A stretch of DNA of 64,000 bases from Haliotis rubra. Lineage: Eukaryota. The position numbers were made by a program, and so were the translations under genes. The notes beneath the pieces are model-generated. The model was not told the origin of the DNA. It saw only the letters and a program-made list of their open reading frames with translations, and searched no databases. The DNA lies in contig NW_025765958.1 of NCBI RefSeq assembly GCF_003918875.1, positions 248,001-312,000 of the forward strand, given 5' to 3'. Below, in pieces: positions 12,340 to 24,802 of this stretch (position 1 is the stretch's first letter; each line of letters starts with the position of its first letter).

Positions 12340-14850
12340 CATTTCACAAATCTATCTCTTTTAAAAAATCAACGATTAAATGATAATTAACATTATTAAA
12401 AAGGTCCTTTACTGTTTTGATATTGAAATATTTTTTATCCCTTATGATGGAGAATTCAACACAGTCAAGCAAGATATGCTTGACAAGGGATACAAAACGG
12501 AGGATCCTCGCCTTTCAATAGATATGCATGAGTATATCTTGTGTGGCCAATACGACATCGTCGCATGATGACCTCTTCAAATCTGGCCTGACAACCCAAG
12601 TAGGTGTAACCAGGAGGAGCCATAATCCAGCTTGGAACGTATAAGTGCTCGGTATAGTTGGAGGGATATTTTCTGATCCCCACCCCACTTTGTATTAGAC
12701 ACAACTTTCAGCAAATCAAGGGCCTTCAAGCATTTATTTTTTAAATATTTAATATGAGGTCGAAAGGTCAAGTGCTCATCAAAAATTAAACCTAAGAATT
12801 TAGCTTCTTTTACTACTTTAATAGGCGTGTTATCTAAATATAAATCTGGATCTTTGTGATACAATTAGTTTTTGACTTTTAAAATTTAAATCCATTTTCC
12901 AAACACCATTTATTAATCTTATTTAAACACAATTGTAATTGCCTTTCGATAGTATGCATACTTTTCCCACGACAAGAAATATTAAAATCATCAACAAAAA
13001 GTGATCCATCAATTGAATCATTTAAAACATTTGCCAAACTGTTTATTTTAATACTGAATAAAGTGACAGACAAAATACTGCCTTGTGGTAAGCGACCTCT
13101 CAATCCAAAACCATGTAAATCTTTTAAAATGCCATATTTCCACGTAGTGTCAAATGCTTTTTCGAGATGAAAAAGACAGACACTGCATGCTGTTTATTAA
13201 TTAAAGCATTTTTGACAAATGACTCCAAACGTACTAAGTGATCGATGGTGCTTCTGTTTTTGCGCAAACCACATTGAATATCTGTAAGTAGGTTATTTGT
13301 TTCCAAATACCAAACAAGACGATTATTAATCATGCGTTCCATGGTCTTGCAAGCGCAGCTTGTCAATGAAATAGGCCGATAATTAGAAGGATCAGTATGA
13401 TCACGTCCAGGTTTAGGTATGGGGACAATAATAGCATCACGCCATGAAGTAGGAAACTTTCCAGACGTCCAAATGTCACCAAAAATATTTAAAAGGGTCT
13501 CTAAACATGATTCAGGTAAGTGCTTCAGGAGTTGATAATGGATGTTATCAGCTTCTGTAGCAGTATCGTGAGCCTGGTCAAGAGCAGTAAGGAGTGCATC
13601 AATCGAAAATATTTCGTTGTAATCTTCCCGATTATCTGAATTGAAATAAATTGATTTCCGTTCTTGCTGTTTTTGATACTTTTGAAATTGAGGTACATCA
13701 TTAGATGAGGAAGACTGTTTAGCCAATGTCTCACCAAGTTTACTTGCAATATCTGATTTATCAGTCAATAATTGATTCCCATCTTTCAGATGGTGAATGC
13801 TAGATCTAGAGCCCTTACCTTTTATTTTCTGGATCATATTCCATACCTTAGAAATAGGCGTACGTGCATTGATGTAAGATACATAGTTTCGCCAAGATTG
13901 ACGTTTATTTTGTTTAAAAGTACGTCGCGCCTTAGCGTTTAATATTTTAAATTTGTTCAAGTATTGGACCATAGGATGGCGACGGAAATAACGCTAAGCC
14001 TTTTTCCGTGCCTTACGAGCCTGTTTGCAGTCACCATTAAACCATGGTTTGCGTACGTGAGGAACTACAGAGGACTTGGGATGCACTCGTCAGCTATGCT
14101 ATGCAGTTCATCAGAAAAACATTTTATAGCATCAGGAATATTAATGAAAAGTTCGGGTTTAAGCTTGTCAGTACAGAGAGTTTTCATATAAAGGCCAGTT
14201 GGCCTTTTCAAAATTACATCTTGACGATTGAGGAAAATCATATGGGTTCACGGGTTTTAGTATTGTAAGGAAATGGTCACTTCCACAGAGGTCGCCGTGG
14301 ACTGACCATTCAAATTCACTCAATAGGTTGGAGTCAGTAAATCAAGAGCTGAATACGTTCCTGTGCCAGGATGTAAATACGTATTTGAACAATTTATATA
14401 AATGCATAATTCATTATTCATAATGAAATCCTCCAGAATTTTGCCTTTAGCGTTTGTTGTTGCACCACCCCAGAGTGGATTGTGCCCGTTTAAATCACGC
14501 ATGATTATACACGGTTTAGGCAATTCATCATACAGAGCTTGAAGTTCCGCTAGATGAACAGTTGATGAAGGCGGAGTGTACAAAGTAACTGCAACATGTA
14601 AAGTGAGTCGCACTGCAACGGCCTGCAGATTTGTTTTAAGCATAATGGGGATGTGGATTACATTATTCTTAATAAGGATTGAAGATCCTCCACTAGCCCT
14701 ATCTCCTGGAGGAGAAACATAGTGATATGCATTATACTGACGCAAGTCAAAATGATCTCTCTGCTTCAGATATGTCTCTTGTAAGCAGAATGCTGACGGT
14801 TTAAAATCTTGGACTAAAAGATGTAAGTCATTCTGCAATTTCATTGTACT
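12340..14850 (-). pseudogene. Nimb LINE ORF2 (APE endonuclease-RT-zinc knuckle), frameshifted, RNase H region deleted
   Basis: Motifs CLQETYL, DLNGHNPLWG, YSALDL, PSNYRPISLTSC, PQGSILS, LFVDD, LIRSKLDYG, RIGHTRYTHAYLL..PPFCIPC. Confidence 0.92.
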
Positions 14851-14879
14851 AGAGGTGAAGAAGTTATCTCTTCGGGGGA

Positions 14880-16185
14880 TTAACAGGAGAACGACCCTCA
14901 TTTTTTTCGAGGGTGACAAGCTATGCGTCCGAAAATGGCTGCTTTCAGACACATCCATGTCCTCGACTGATCCTAACTTATTGAACAGTTGGACCTTGTT
15001 ATTGGCCCCTTTTGGCGATCTTCCACTGAGGTTCTCTTTTACAGGTTCAGTTCTAGATTTTGATTTAGTTTTTGTAATTTGTTTCACATTTTTGTGTCAG
15101 ATTTGGGTAATTGAGTTGATTGTGATAAAGATTGCGTCTGAGGTAAAGATGAATCCTTATCACAAGACGAGACTGAATGATTGTTTGACTTGAAGGAATG
15201 GTTTGTGAACAAGAGCTCTGTTGAGGAGGCCTCACTTGAACTTCCGCATATATCAAAGTAGGCGCAGATGTCTTTGTCCAAGTGTAATCAGTCTGGCAAG
15301 CAATTGTCTGAAGAGACACATTTTTTAGTCTTCGGCTCTGAAAGTCAAGCAGACGCCGTAGTGGCATAAGTAGATCCTGGCTGTTCTTGAGCAAGAACAA
15401 TCTTCTTTGCTTCTAGAAAACTTACATTACGGTCGTGCTTTATGCGAGAGATTTTCGACTGAACTTTCCATGTAGGACATTCCTTTGACGAGGACGGATG
15501 GCTACCTGAGCAGTTGACACAAGAAGGAGGATTGTTACATGACTTGCCATCCTCGCATGTTCCACCACATCGATGACAAGCAGCTGGATTATGGCATGAT
15601 TTAGATCCATGGCCAAACTTCTGACAACTGTAAAACCTCGGGGGATTCAGGATGAAAGCATCTACCCTTCGGTTACAGTAGCCAGCTTTAAGTGATTCAG
15701 GACGAGCTGTAAGTGTTTGTCTTGATGGTTTCATTGTCTCTCTTCATTGTAAAACGTTTTACGTCAATGACACTTTGAGATTTTAATTCTGCAACTATTT
15801 CAGCTTCGGCCATGTCCGAGAGACAACGTATTGCATCTCCTTCACTCCCCTTGATACTGTTTAACGTCCTGTGAGGAGAAACTTGCACAGGAACATTTGC
15901 TAAAGATTTAGTGGAAAGGAGAATCTGCGACTGAATGTGTTTCCTGCATTCAATCAAAAGACAGCCAGAACGTAACATTTTAACTTCTTTAACTTCTCCA
16001 GCTAAACCCCCAATACCCTTTGCAATGGCAAAAGGATTCAGCTTTAGAGGATTTCCATCAGTGGAAGACATGACTAAAAATCTACACCAGTGATCAGAGT
16101 TCATTTTGTGTGTTGAAGGATCGTCATCCTCCGAAGAGGGCGAATCTTCTGGTTCATGAGTACGATTTTTGTAAGGGGGTGCCAT
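14880..16185 (-). pseudogene. Nimb LINE ORF1 (gag-like nucleic-acid-binding protein), frameshifted
   Basis: LNPFAIAKGI..VKMLRSGCLLIEC..PHRTLNS; knuckles CQKFGHGSKSC, CHRCGG and CVNCSGSHPSSSKEC. Confidence 0.9.
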
Positions 16186-16645
16186 GTTAGTATTAGGTAT
16201 GTTAGATCCACTTGGGTCCCCACCCACCATGGATTGTCAAAAGGGACGATGCCTTATATCTGTGGACCTCAAACAGATGGCACCAAGGATACCAGGTGGA
16301 AATACTCAAGAAGAAACATATCTTGAAAAGACATATCTTACTAGATTGGCTTTCTGGGCATTAGGAATCTAGGCAAAACAGTTAATCCATTTTGAACATT
16401 TTGCAAATTGTAATACCGAAAGTAATTGATGCCAAAACAGTTCCTTGAAACCTAAAGTAAGTAAAGATATACTCAGTACAATTTCAAATACACAGGGCAT
16501 GGCATGACCAGCCCATTGGTTGAAGGTGAAGTTAGGGCCGAAGTGGTGGAACCAGTTCCTGGAACCAGTGCCCTCAACCACCAGAATTCCTTCCTCCACC
16601 GACACAGGGGCGAACCCACGGCAAACGGGTTGGTGGACCAAATAT

Positions 16646-16780
16646 NNNNNNNNNNNNNNNNNNNNNNNNNNNNNNNNNNNNNNNNNNNNNNNNNNNNNNN
16701 NNNNNNNNNNNNNNNNNNNNNNNNNNNNNNNNNNNNNNNNNNNNNNNNNNNNNNNNNNNNNNNNNNNNNNNNNNNNNNNN
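16646..16780. other. Assembly gap (N run) inside the LINE 5' UTR
   Basis: Run of N. Confidence 1.
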
Positions 16781-16819
16781 ACAGCACCCGCCACGAGGAT
16801 GTGGCTCTTCACGGGTGCC
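16781..16819 (-). ncRNA. 5' half of a candidate HDV-like self-cleaving ribozyme
   Basis: RNA GGCACCC-GUGAAGAGCC-ACA-UCCUCGU-GGC-GGGUGCU-GU: 7-bp P1 with G1.U wobble and canonical L3 UCCUCGU. P3 is imperfect in the canonical register, and P4/J4/2 would fall in the gap. Confidence 0.55.
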
Positions 16820-17199
16820 ACTTAAAAATTGTAATGAACCGAGTCAAGCTCTCAAGAATCGTTTCATTTTGTAATCACATCCATGAATGCTGATCGGAAT
16901 CAAATCAGAAACACCAGAATAGCATACATTCAGTTTCTAGAGATTGGTGGTGTGCCATGCTTTCAGACAGACAGTGTATTGAAGAAATATCAAAATGCTT
17001 TGCTGATGAACTGAGTATTCTAAGAGGAAGAAAATAGCTACTAAAACAAACAACCTCCTGGACGTTCTTGATGACACTGAAGATAAGTTGACTTCTTCAA
17101 TGAAGTAAGTAGCCCTGCCTTAGACTTAGGTATTTTTTCTATGTTTTATTCTAACGGAAAGAAGCATGTTGATCCATATTCTAAGTTGACTTTATAAAT

Positions 17200-17970
17200 T
17201 ATAGTATGTGTCATGGAAGGAAATGATCAATTTGGTACGACCTGTATTTATAAAAAGTGTATTACCAAAGTAGCTGTAACTCTATACCACATGATTTTTC
17301 TGTGACGACATGACACGTTCCCGTGCAGTTCCTTGGGCTCTTCCACCTATTATGTATGTCGTGGACACGGGTATAGTGTTTCGCATCTGACATCTGATTG
17401 ATGACTACGACCTTCTCAACACAAAGCGTTTCCGACACAGCAGCTCCCTATGTTTATAAACACCTGATGCCCGTGCTGCCATTCCAATGAGTGATGTTTG
17501 CTGGGGGGTTTGTTGGAATAATTTGACGGCTCTGTGACACATTGGCCTTTTCCAAATATAGCCAATACAGCAATAAAATGTTTTAAATGACTTCGATTTC
17601 ATCATTTCGGTTATTCCATCTACTTTCCTCATTGGCATATGCCTAGAAACCTCAAAGCATGGACATCGTGTTCTCATTCTACAGCAAAACACCTTCCTTT
17701 TAACTAAACTCCCGCCATCTCGGGTTGCCAATCAAGTGCCATTCCAGACATTATATGGCAGTCATGCAGAGGAATTGGCTAAACACGATACACGATGCTG
17801 TGGCCTTTATCTACAATTTGCACGCTTCCCCAGTGGAACGTATTTTCCTAACGACATTTTCTGAGACGCGGTGGCCTACCAGCACGGCATGCTTAAACTC
17901 TACGTGAACACTGACTGTCATCGCTTGTTTCCACCGATCCATATACGTTGCATCACTATTTTTCCATTTA
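17200..17970 (+). repeat. About 750-bp repeat, inverted copy at about 21080-21830
   Basis: gatccatatacgttgcatcactatt and gtggaacgtattttcctaacgacattttctgaga occur as reverse complements in 21090-21203. Confidence 0.9.
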
Positions 17971-19268
17971 CGTCAAATAGAAAATTTATCTCAAGAAGTT
18001 TGAGACTGACATTCCACAAACATTACTTGAGGGCATAATAGTCATTAATGTAGGTTTGAAACATATTTAGGTTTCTTATATGAGTTTTAAATCTCCAAAC
18101 AAAATCCCTCAACCTCAAGGATCTCCATCTACAGAAAATACAGTTCGAAATGAATCTTACTAATTTGAGTTATGTATTGTGAATCTACATTTACGTACGG
18201 AACATATAGAACACATGATTACTTTCTCCTGCGTCTCATAAGACAGATAACAAACAAATGTGAAGGTGATGGGGCTTTTGTTCTCTGGAGCAGCATCTTG
18301 ACATCACTGAAGTGTAGGTTTATATAACCTACAATTCAGTGACGTCATAATGTAGATTGACGGCTACTCGTATTTTCATAAAGCGAAATGTCAGTTCTTA
18401 CATAAATACAGCAGTTATAAACTGTAAATATGATTTAATAGATTTTATTTAGTGTATTTGCCTATGCATTGAAGTGAGCACAATCGTCTCACACCAGATC
18501 AAAATTTATCTCGATTTTCTACCAATGAAAAATCCAGCCAGCGAAGTGACCGTGATCGTGGATACAAGATGATGGTAAGATTAGCAAAATAGAATAATTA
18601 TAGTAGATGTTCTGGCCACAAACCATCGCGTATTTGAGAGGCTCTTCATCGGCAATTATTCTAACCTCAGATTGCCCCGACAAGCGTTCACAATTGTAAA
18701 CTTGGCCAGCTAGTGCAAAAGACTTTGCTTGTGATAAAAGCAGAAATTATTGACCCATATATCCCAGATGAATCAGTTGATGCAAGCTTTCATGATTCAC
18801 GTTAACGATGACCTGGACTGACGAAATATAAAGCCAAAGTGTCTTAGAGTTCTTGTTTATCGACCATTATCAACGATTTATGTTTTTTTTATTTGAAAAA
18901 CAATAATAATTTCTTTAATATCTTTTTCTAGTCCGTGCATTGTATGATTGACAATGGTCTTTTCAGCACAGAAATGCTGTCGATTATTTTCTTGATGTCT
19001 ATTGCCCTTATTTCTAATCATATATCTGTAATACTACCTTTGTTTCCTCACACTGATTCAGTGTACAACTACAGTGCCATTAATTCTTAGCGTTTTTCCT
19101 AAAATTGTCACCTTTGAGCTTGGCCGAAATAAACAAATTAGTTTGGCGACATGTAGCAACTTTCTGGGCACTGTTAGTTTACTTGTTGTGAGTAGGTGAA
19201 TTTGGTTTAATACAATAATATTTCAGTTATGTCACTGTGAGTCTTCTTGATAGGCTTCAGTAAAGCGC

Positions 19269-19431
19269 GGGCGGTGGGGTAGCCTAGTGGTTAAAGCGTC
19301 CGATCGTCACGCCGAAAACCTGGGTTCGATTCTCCGCATCGGTACAATGTGTGAAGCCCATTCCTGGTGTCCTCCGCCGTGATATTGCTGGAATAGTGCT
19401 AAAAACGGCGTAAAAACATACTCACTCACTC
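19269..19431 (+). mobile_element. SINE family A (tRNA-Asp-like head, Nimb-type (ACTC)n tail)
   Basis: A-box tagcctagtgg, B-box ggttcgattc, gtcacgc anticodon-like arm, tail gctggaata..gcgtaaaa..ctcactcactc. Confidence 0.92.
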
Positions 19432-19611
19432 AGTTCGGCGATGACAAACATAGAATCACACAATGTAATCAGGGCGAATTTGGGAATCAGTCCCAAGTTG
19501 ATAATTTAAGGGTTAAGGGTCGCAACACTTACTCAGTTAAGACGGCCTGTCACCCTGAATTTACATTTGGGTGTACCATTTGGTTACTTTCGTACGTACC
19601 ATTTCACATAC

Positions 19612-19773
19612 GGGCGGTGGGGTAGCCTGGTCGTTAAAGCGTCTGCTCGTCACGCTGAAGACCCGGGTTCTGTTCCCTACATGGGTACAATGTGTGAGGA
19701 CTATTTCTTGTATCCCCGCCGTGATATTGCTGGACTATTGCTAAAAGCTGCGTAAAACCAAACTCTCTCACTC
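19612..19773 (+). mobile_element. SINE family A copy
   Basis: Full-length similarity to 19269-19431. Confidence 0.9.
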
Positions 19774-20031
19774 TAGCAGTAAGAGGTAGTAACGTCAACG
19801 TCACCTCGTGGACAGCAGTAATGACCATGATGACAATCAATCTTGTGAAATGTGCACGAGATACCAATGTACTGCTCTACATAATTTCAATGCTATACCG
19901 TGTACTTTCGCTGATTTACGTAATTGAATAAGACCAATATTTTCAATGATATTTTGTCCGGGGGGATATACCCAAGAGATCCAGTAAGTTTTACTGAAAC
20001 CCATCTGGTAGTTTTTGAGTTTTTGATGCTA

Positions 20032-20066
20032 ACACACACACACACACACACACACGCACGCACACA
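20032..20066. repeat. (CA)n microsatellite
   Basis: Direct reading. Confidence 0.9.
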
Positions 20067-20489
20067 GAGGGTTGAATGCATACCCTCTGCAACAAACCTT
20101 CGGTTTTGGCAGAAGCAATTATGATCATAGTGATTATTATGCATACATATATTATTAATATTCATGATATTCATGACAGGGTTATAAAAATACGTTTTTC
20201 TCACATTGGTGTTGCAGCTCGATTATGGGTACCGATGTTCAGTTACCCCAGAATGACACTAATAATCATCAGAAAAAATGGAACCATGTTTTTTTTCTGA
20301 ATCCATATGCAATACTGATTACAATTATCAGTGATTCCAAAAAATTAACATGCACTTCCCACGGAAAGCATTTTTGCTACATAAGCCCCTGCACTAATAG
20401 CTGGAATATTGCTGAGTGCGGAGTAAAACTAAACTCACTCACTCAATCAAATTTGGCTCCATTAATTCTAACTAACGTAACTGGCAAAC

Positions 20490-20695
20490 CATCTCTAGCA
20501 AACCATGCTTCTTGCCAGAAGCGCCTAACGGGATCGGGCGTTCAGACGCGTTTAGTTTAGGCATGCCATTGTATCGCAATAGCGTAGATAGATAGTCTTG
20601 ATAATATCAATCACTGGATGGTCTGATCAAGACTCGCTAAGTTACAGTCATAAGGCTGAGAAACAAAATTGCTGAGTGTGGCGTTAAACAGCAAA
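20490..20695 (+). mobile_element. Diverged SINE family B copy
   Basis: agcaaaccatgctt..ctaacgggatcggg..atcactggatggtctg..gctgagtgtggcgttaaac. Confidence 0.7.
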
Positions 20696-20787
20696 AGAAA
20701 ATAACTGCTAGTGGTTGTTGCTTCTGCTAAACATATTAGCTATTCAATGAGCAGGTTGCAGCATTTGTTAATTTCCACATCGTACGT

Positions 20788-20946
20788 GAGTGAGTGAGTA
20801 TGGTTTTACGCCGCTGTTTAGCAATATTCCAGCAATGTCACGGCGGGGGACACCGGAAATGGGCTTCACACATTGTACCCATGTGAGGAATCGAACCCGG
20901 GTCTTCGGCGTGACGAACGAATGCTTTAACCACTAGGCTACCCCAT
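20788..20946 (-). mobile_element. SINE family A copy with 13-bp TSD
   Basis: Flanked by ccacatcgtacgt on both sides. Confidence 0.95.
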
Positions 20947-21079
20947 CCACATCGTACGTTTTAATGTTATAAATACTGGACGTGAACATATCGCATATAC
21001 GTGTTAAGGATAATGACTACATCAGCCAAGTCTTTGAAGTTCAAACTGTCTGAATAATGAAACTTCGTAAGATAAATGT

Positions 21080-21830
21080 TCTATGGTAAAATAGTGATGC
21101 AACGTATATGGATCTGTGCAAACAAGTGGTGACAGTCAGTGTTCACGTAGAGTTTGAGCATGCCGTGCCTCTCAGAAAATGTCGTTAGGAAAATACGTTC
21201 CACTGAGTAAGGAAGCGTGCACATTGTAGATAAAGGGGATAAGAATGGCATGACATCGTGTATCGTGTTTAGCTAATTCACTTGACATGACTGCCATACA
21301 ATGTCTGGAATGTCTTCACCAGCCCTTTGGTTGGCAATACGAGATGGAGGAATCTTTGCTATAAGGAAAATGTAAGCCGAAGGTCGTGAATATAGTTCAA
21401 AACATCTGACCTTATACGAAATCACGGTCATTTAACATATTTTTATGCTGTATTAGTTATGTATAAAAAGGCTAAAGTATCATGAAGTCGTCAAGTTATT
21501 CCAACAAGAAAACGGCCAAGATGAATCATAAATTGCAGCACGGGCACCAGGTGTTTACAAACAGATGGAGCTGCTCTATCGGAAACGCTTAGTGTTGTGA
21601 AGGTCGTAGTCATTATTCAGATGTCAGATGAGAAACATTATACGGCATACATAAAAGGTGTAAAAGCCCAAGTAACTGCATTATTCCAAACGGGAACGTG
21701 TCATGTCGTCACAGAAAAAATCATGCCCTTTAATGTTCCAGCTACCTTACAAATACAAGTAGTACCAAAATGATTATTTGGCTTAAATCATAATGTGGTG
21801 CATTGCGTTTCATGACAAATACTCTAATTT
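21080..21830 (-). repeat. Inverted copy of 17200-17970
   Basis: Colinear reverse-complement similarity. Confidence 0.9.
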
Positions 21831-22438
21831 GTAACGATGTTATTTGGCGTTACTGCCATTATGCATTATACAATGCCTGCGTCTTTGATGCATAATTGTG
21901 AGAAACAACAAAAAAAAAAAAAAATACAACCAAAAATCCAACAAAAGAAACCAAAATAATTTCCCATTGTGATACGAAGCATATGTTTTTGAATCGGCGC
22001 AAATAGTGACTATACTGGGTGTTTGGGATAAGATGAGCGTTTTCTCATCCACCGCAGCTGCCGTGATATACATTCAAAGACGAATCAATTGTTTTCGTTT
22101 ACGTAAACAAGAGAACATTCTAGCACGTCCAACGGGGAATTGTATCAGGTGTCATGTTATGTGTCACATTTGAAATATTCTCCACAATGCCACCCTTAAA
22201 CGTTTTGACACCTCCAGTGGATCCCTGAACAAACAAGGTTTTGGAACATCCATCCATCAACTGTAGCAGATTCTGACGTCCAGAATGGATTATTTCCAGA
22301 CCACCTGGAATATTATTATAGCTGGAATATTATGCAGCGTTAAACAACAAACAAACAAAACCTATATGACAAGTTGACCATATTTGGCTCACCACACCAA
22401 CAATAATCCTTTCTGTGGATTATCACACTTAGTGTATG

Positions 22439-22500
22439 GATTGTTTTCGTCATGATATGGCTGAGATATTGCCGATGTGACGTTAAATAGTAACTCACTC
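22439..22500 (+). mobile_element. Nimb 3' tail-only insertion
   Basis: gatatggctgagatattgccgatgtgacgttaaatagtaactcactc, flanked by TSD agtgtatg. Confidence 0.85.
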
Positions 22501-23842
22501 AGTGTATGCGCGCTGACCAAGTTTTCAGGATTTTTTGCATTTAATCCTTTAGTTAGCTAATTACTTCTTGTCGATATTAACTTCTACTTATCTATGGAGA
22601 CATAATATTCGACAATTAACAGGTTTGATCACAATGTATACAATGACAAGGGTAGGACATTGTATACTCGTAATGTTGTTCTCTGAGGTCACTTGTTAAT
22701 GACAAAAACAACAACATGTGTACATAAACGATTGGGAGTACCGAGAAAGTGTAATCCCAAATATACCACGTGTTTCCTAAATGGTGTTTCGTACAGCAGT
22801 GTCCTTGGAGGGCAGAAAGTACGTCGAAGAAACGTACATACAGAAATACGAGTAGGATATTGAATACTGTACAATTAGATTACACTGAATACATATGTAG
22901 GCTGTGAAGTACTATGCGGGCGTAAATTTAAACAAAAACACCTTCAAAACAGCGTCACTAGGTTTAATTGAAGAACTTTATTTTGTCAGACCTGATTGAT
23001 GTCCTGTTAAGAACATGTTATTGCAAGAGTAGCAGACCTGAGGGTTACATACCTGGTCAAGTTTTAGTGTCACCCATCCATTAATCCTTTAAAACAACAT
23101 GTATCTACCTCGGCCGAACATGGATTTTACAGAAATAATGTCAGGTACGACACCGACTGGAGGCGTGGAGTGTCGTAACTGGATGTCAAGAGCGCCGGGA
23201 TGACAAAAATACTCTGACATTTCGGAATAATGTTTTTCTTAAAGTATCACTTCACAATGTGAATTACTGTGGTAGTATTGCTTTCCTTAGCCGAGCAGCT
23301 TGTTTTCAGTGACATGTGTCATAGTCATGTGTTATTGTGAATCGGGCGAGGGTACACTCACCGTTTTGGACACTCTGTAACGTTATTTCATGTATGAACA
23401 CGTCAATGTTGATGATGGCATATCATTGTAAGTCAATCCAACGAAAATCGGATATTAGCATGCGAATTGCATTGCTCCATGCAGCTTGGTGCTATATTTC
23501 TTAAATGGTGTATCAAATTCATATATTTTTGGAGAGATGAATCGATATGAAACTACGGTTGCGTCCTCTTTAGTGAACCATTTAGGGCGTTCTCCTCTGC
23601 GTTGCAAAACGAATATGTTTCTAGACGTTTTTTCGGTATATGTTCGATCATTAACATCTCTGAAAAAGTGCGACTAAGTGATAAATTCTACAATTGTCAC
23701 AGCTAATTCGCATTCTAAGCAAAACAGAATCTGTCTGAAGACACCATAGTCTTTTCCCTTTACGTTGTATGTTGCAGCGTACAGTCTTTACAGGCAAACT
23801 TTGAAAAACTGATTGATACAAGAATGGCACTTTTCGTGAGGA

Positions 23843-23990
23843 TTGTCACATTTTCTGCGGACAGAATGGCAAATGTCACATGTTCTGTAGATAGAATGGG
23901 GACAGTCCCATGTTCTGTGGATAGAATGGCGACAGGCACATGTTCTGTAGGCAGAATGGCGATAGACACATGTTCTGTAGACAAAACGGC
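23843..23990. repeat. 30-bp minisatellite, about 5 copies
   Basis: Unit cacatgttctgt(a/g)gatagaatggcgacag repeats with period 30. Confidence 0.9.
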
Positions 23991-24039
23991 GGAGCTGATT
24001 ATCCTGGCACACGACACTAACGTCCACGCGGAGGACGTT

Positions 24040-24802
24040 CCGATCAGTATCTGGCGTGACTATCGTGTGTTCTTATCACCGCTCCATAGACTGAATACGT
24101 CTACAGGGACTGGTCTGTGGAATTTTCAGTTGTTCCTGCCAGTTGTGCAGTATATGGATATTGACGTACACGTCTATCAGGTTCCTCCCTCTGTGGCTTT
24201 CTTCGGAGATGCGGAGATCTGGAAAGCCATGGCAAGACACTGGCGTTTGTAATGTGAAGGAAGTTAAGATTAGCACGATCAATGTGAGGTGAAGCGTTGT
24301 CACGTTGACACAAACTCCACTGTTGGCTGATACTCGAAAGAAGGTTACAATGAAAATTTGGTTGATGGTCGATTCCCTCGAACCACCAGAAGGCAGATCT
24401 TGTGTCGAGTATGACCTTCCCGCGCCATAACACTTCCACCACCGGCTCTGTCTACCTGTCGCACGCAGTTGGGCGCAAAACGTTCGTTGTGGCAGTGGTG
24501 CCAATGACACTGTGCACAAGTTGCACGCGCATTATGCTTCAGGTTTAAGTTCCTTTCCATGACATTTCCGTCTAGTCTCATAAAAACTGCTGTACATAGC
24601 TCGAACATAGTTGCATCCGTGCAGTGTATGTATGTAATTTCCAATATTAAACACAAGCAATGCAAACAGGGTCAGATAGACACCATCAGGCTTCACTATA
24701 TGCCAAAAACCCATATCAATTTAGGGTCCGAGTTTGTTTCCTATTTGGATAAAAAAACTTGCGTTTCTTATGCGTGTGAGTATGTTGCTTATAATCCAGC
24801 TT
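24040..24802 (-). mobile_element. Decayed, internally deleted Tc1/mariner element
   Basis: ERFAPNCVRQVDRAGGGSVM, RDNASPH, VLPWLSRSP and terminal HARY*. TIR-like tactcacacgcataagaaacgca at the right end. Confidence 0.85.

Larger units (their letters stand above)
11530..16819 (-). mobile_element. Nimb/I-clade LINE with both termini, internally deleted and inactive
   Basis: ORF1 with zinc knuckles, ORF2 APE/RT relics, (ACTC)n tail. A 15-bp TSD gccactt(c/a)aaaattg at 11515-11529 and 16817-16831 brackets the element across the N-gap. Confidence 0.93.

Noticed and set aside
19269-19345. Functional tRNA-Asp gene
   Set aside because: No acceptor stem, and it continues into a SINE body and tail found in several copies.
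23760-24252. Repeat-protein CDS
   Set aside because: The ORFs are by-products of a 30-bp minisatellite and antisense Tc1 sequence.
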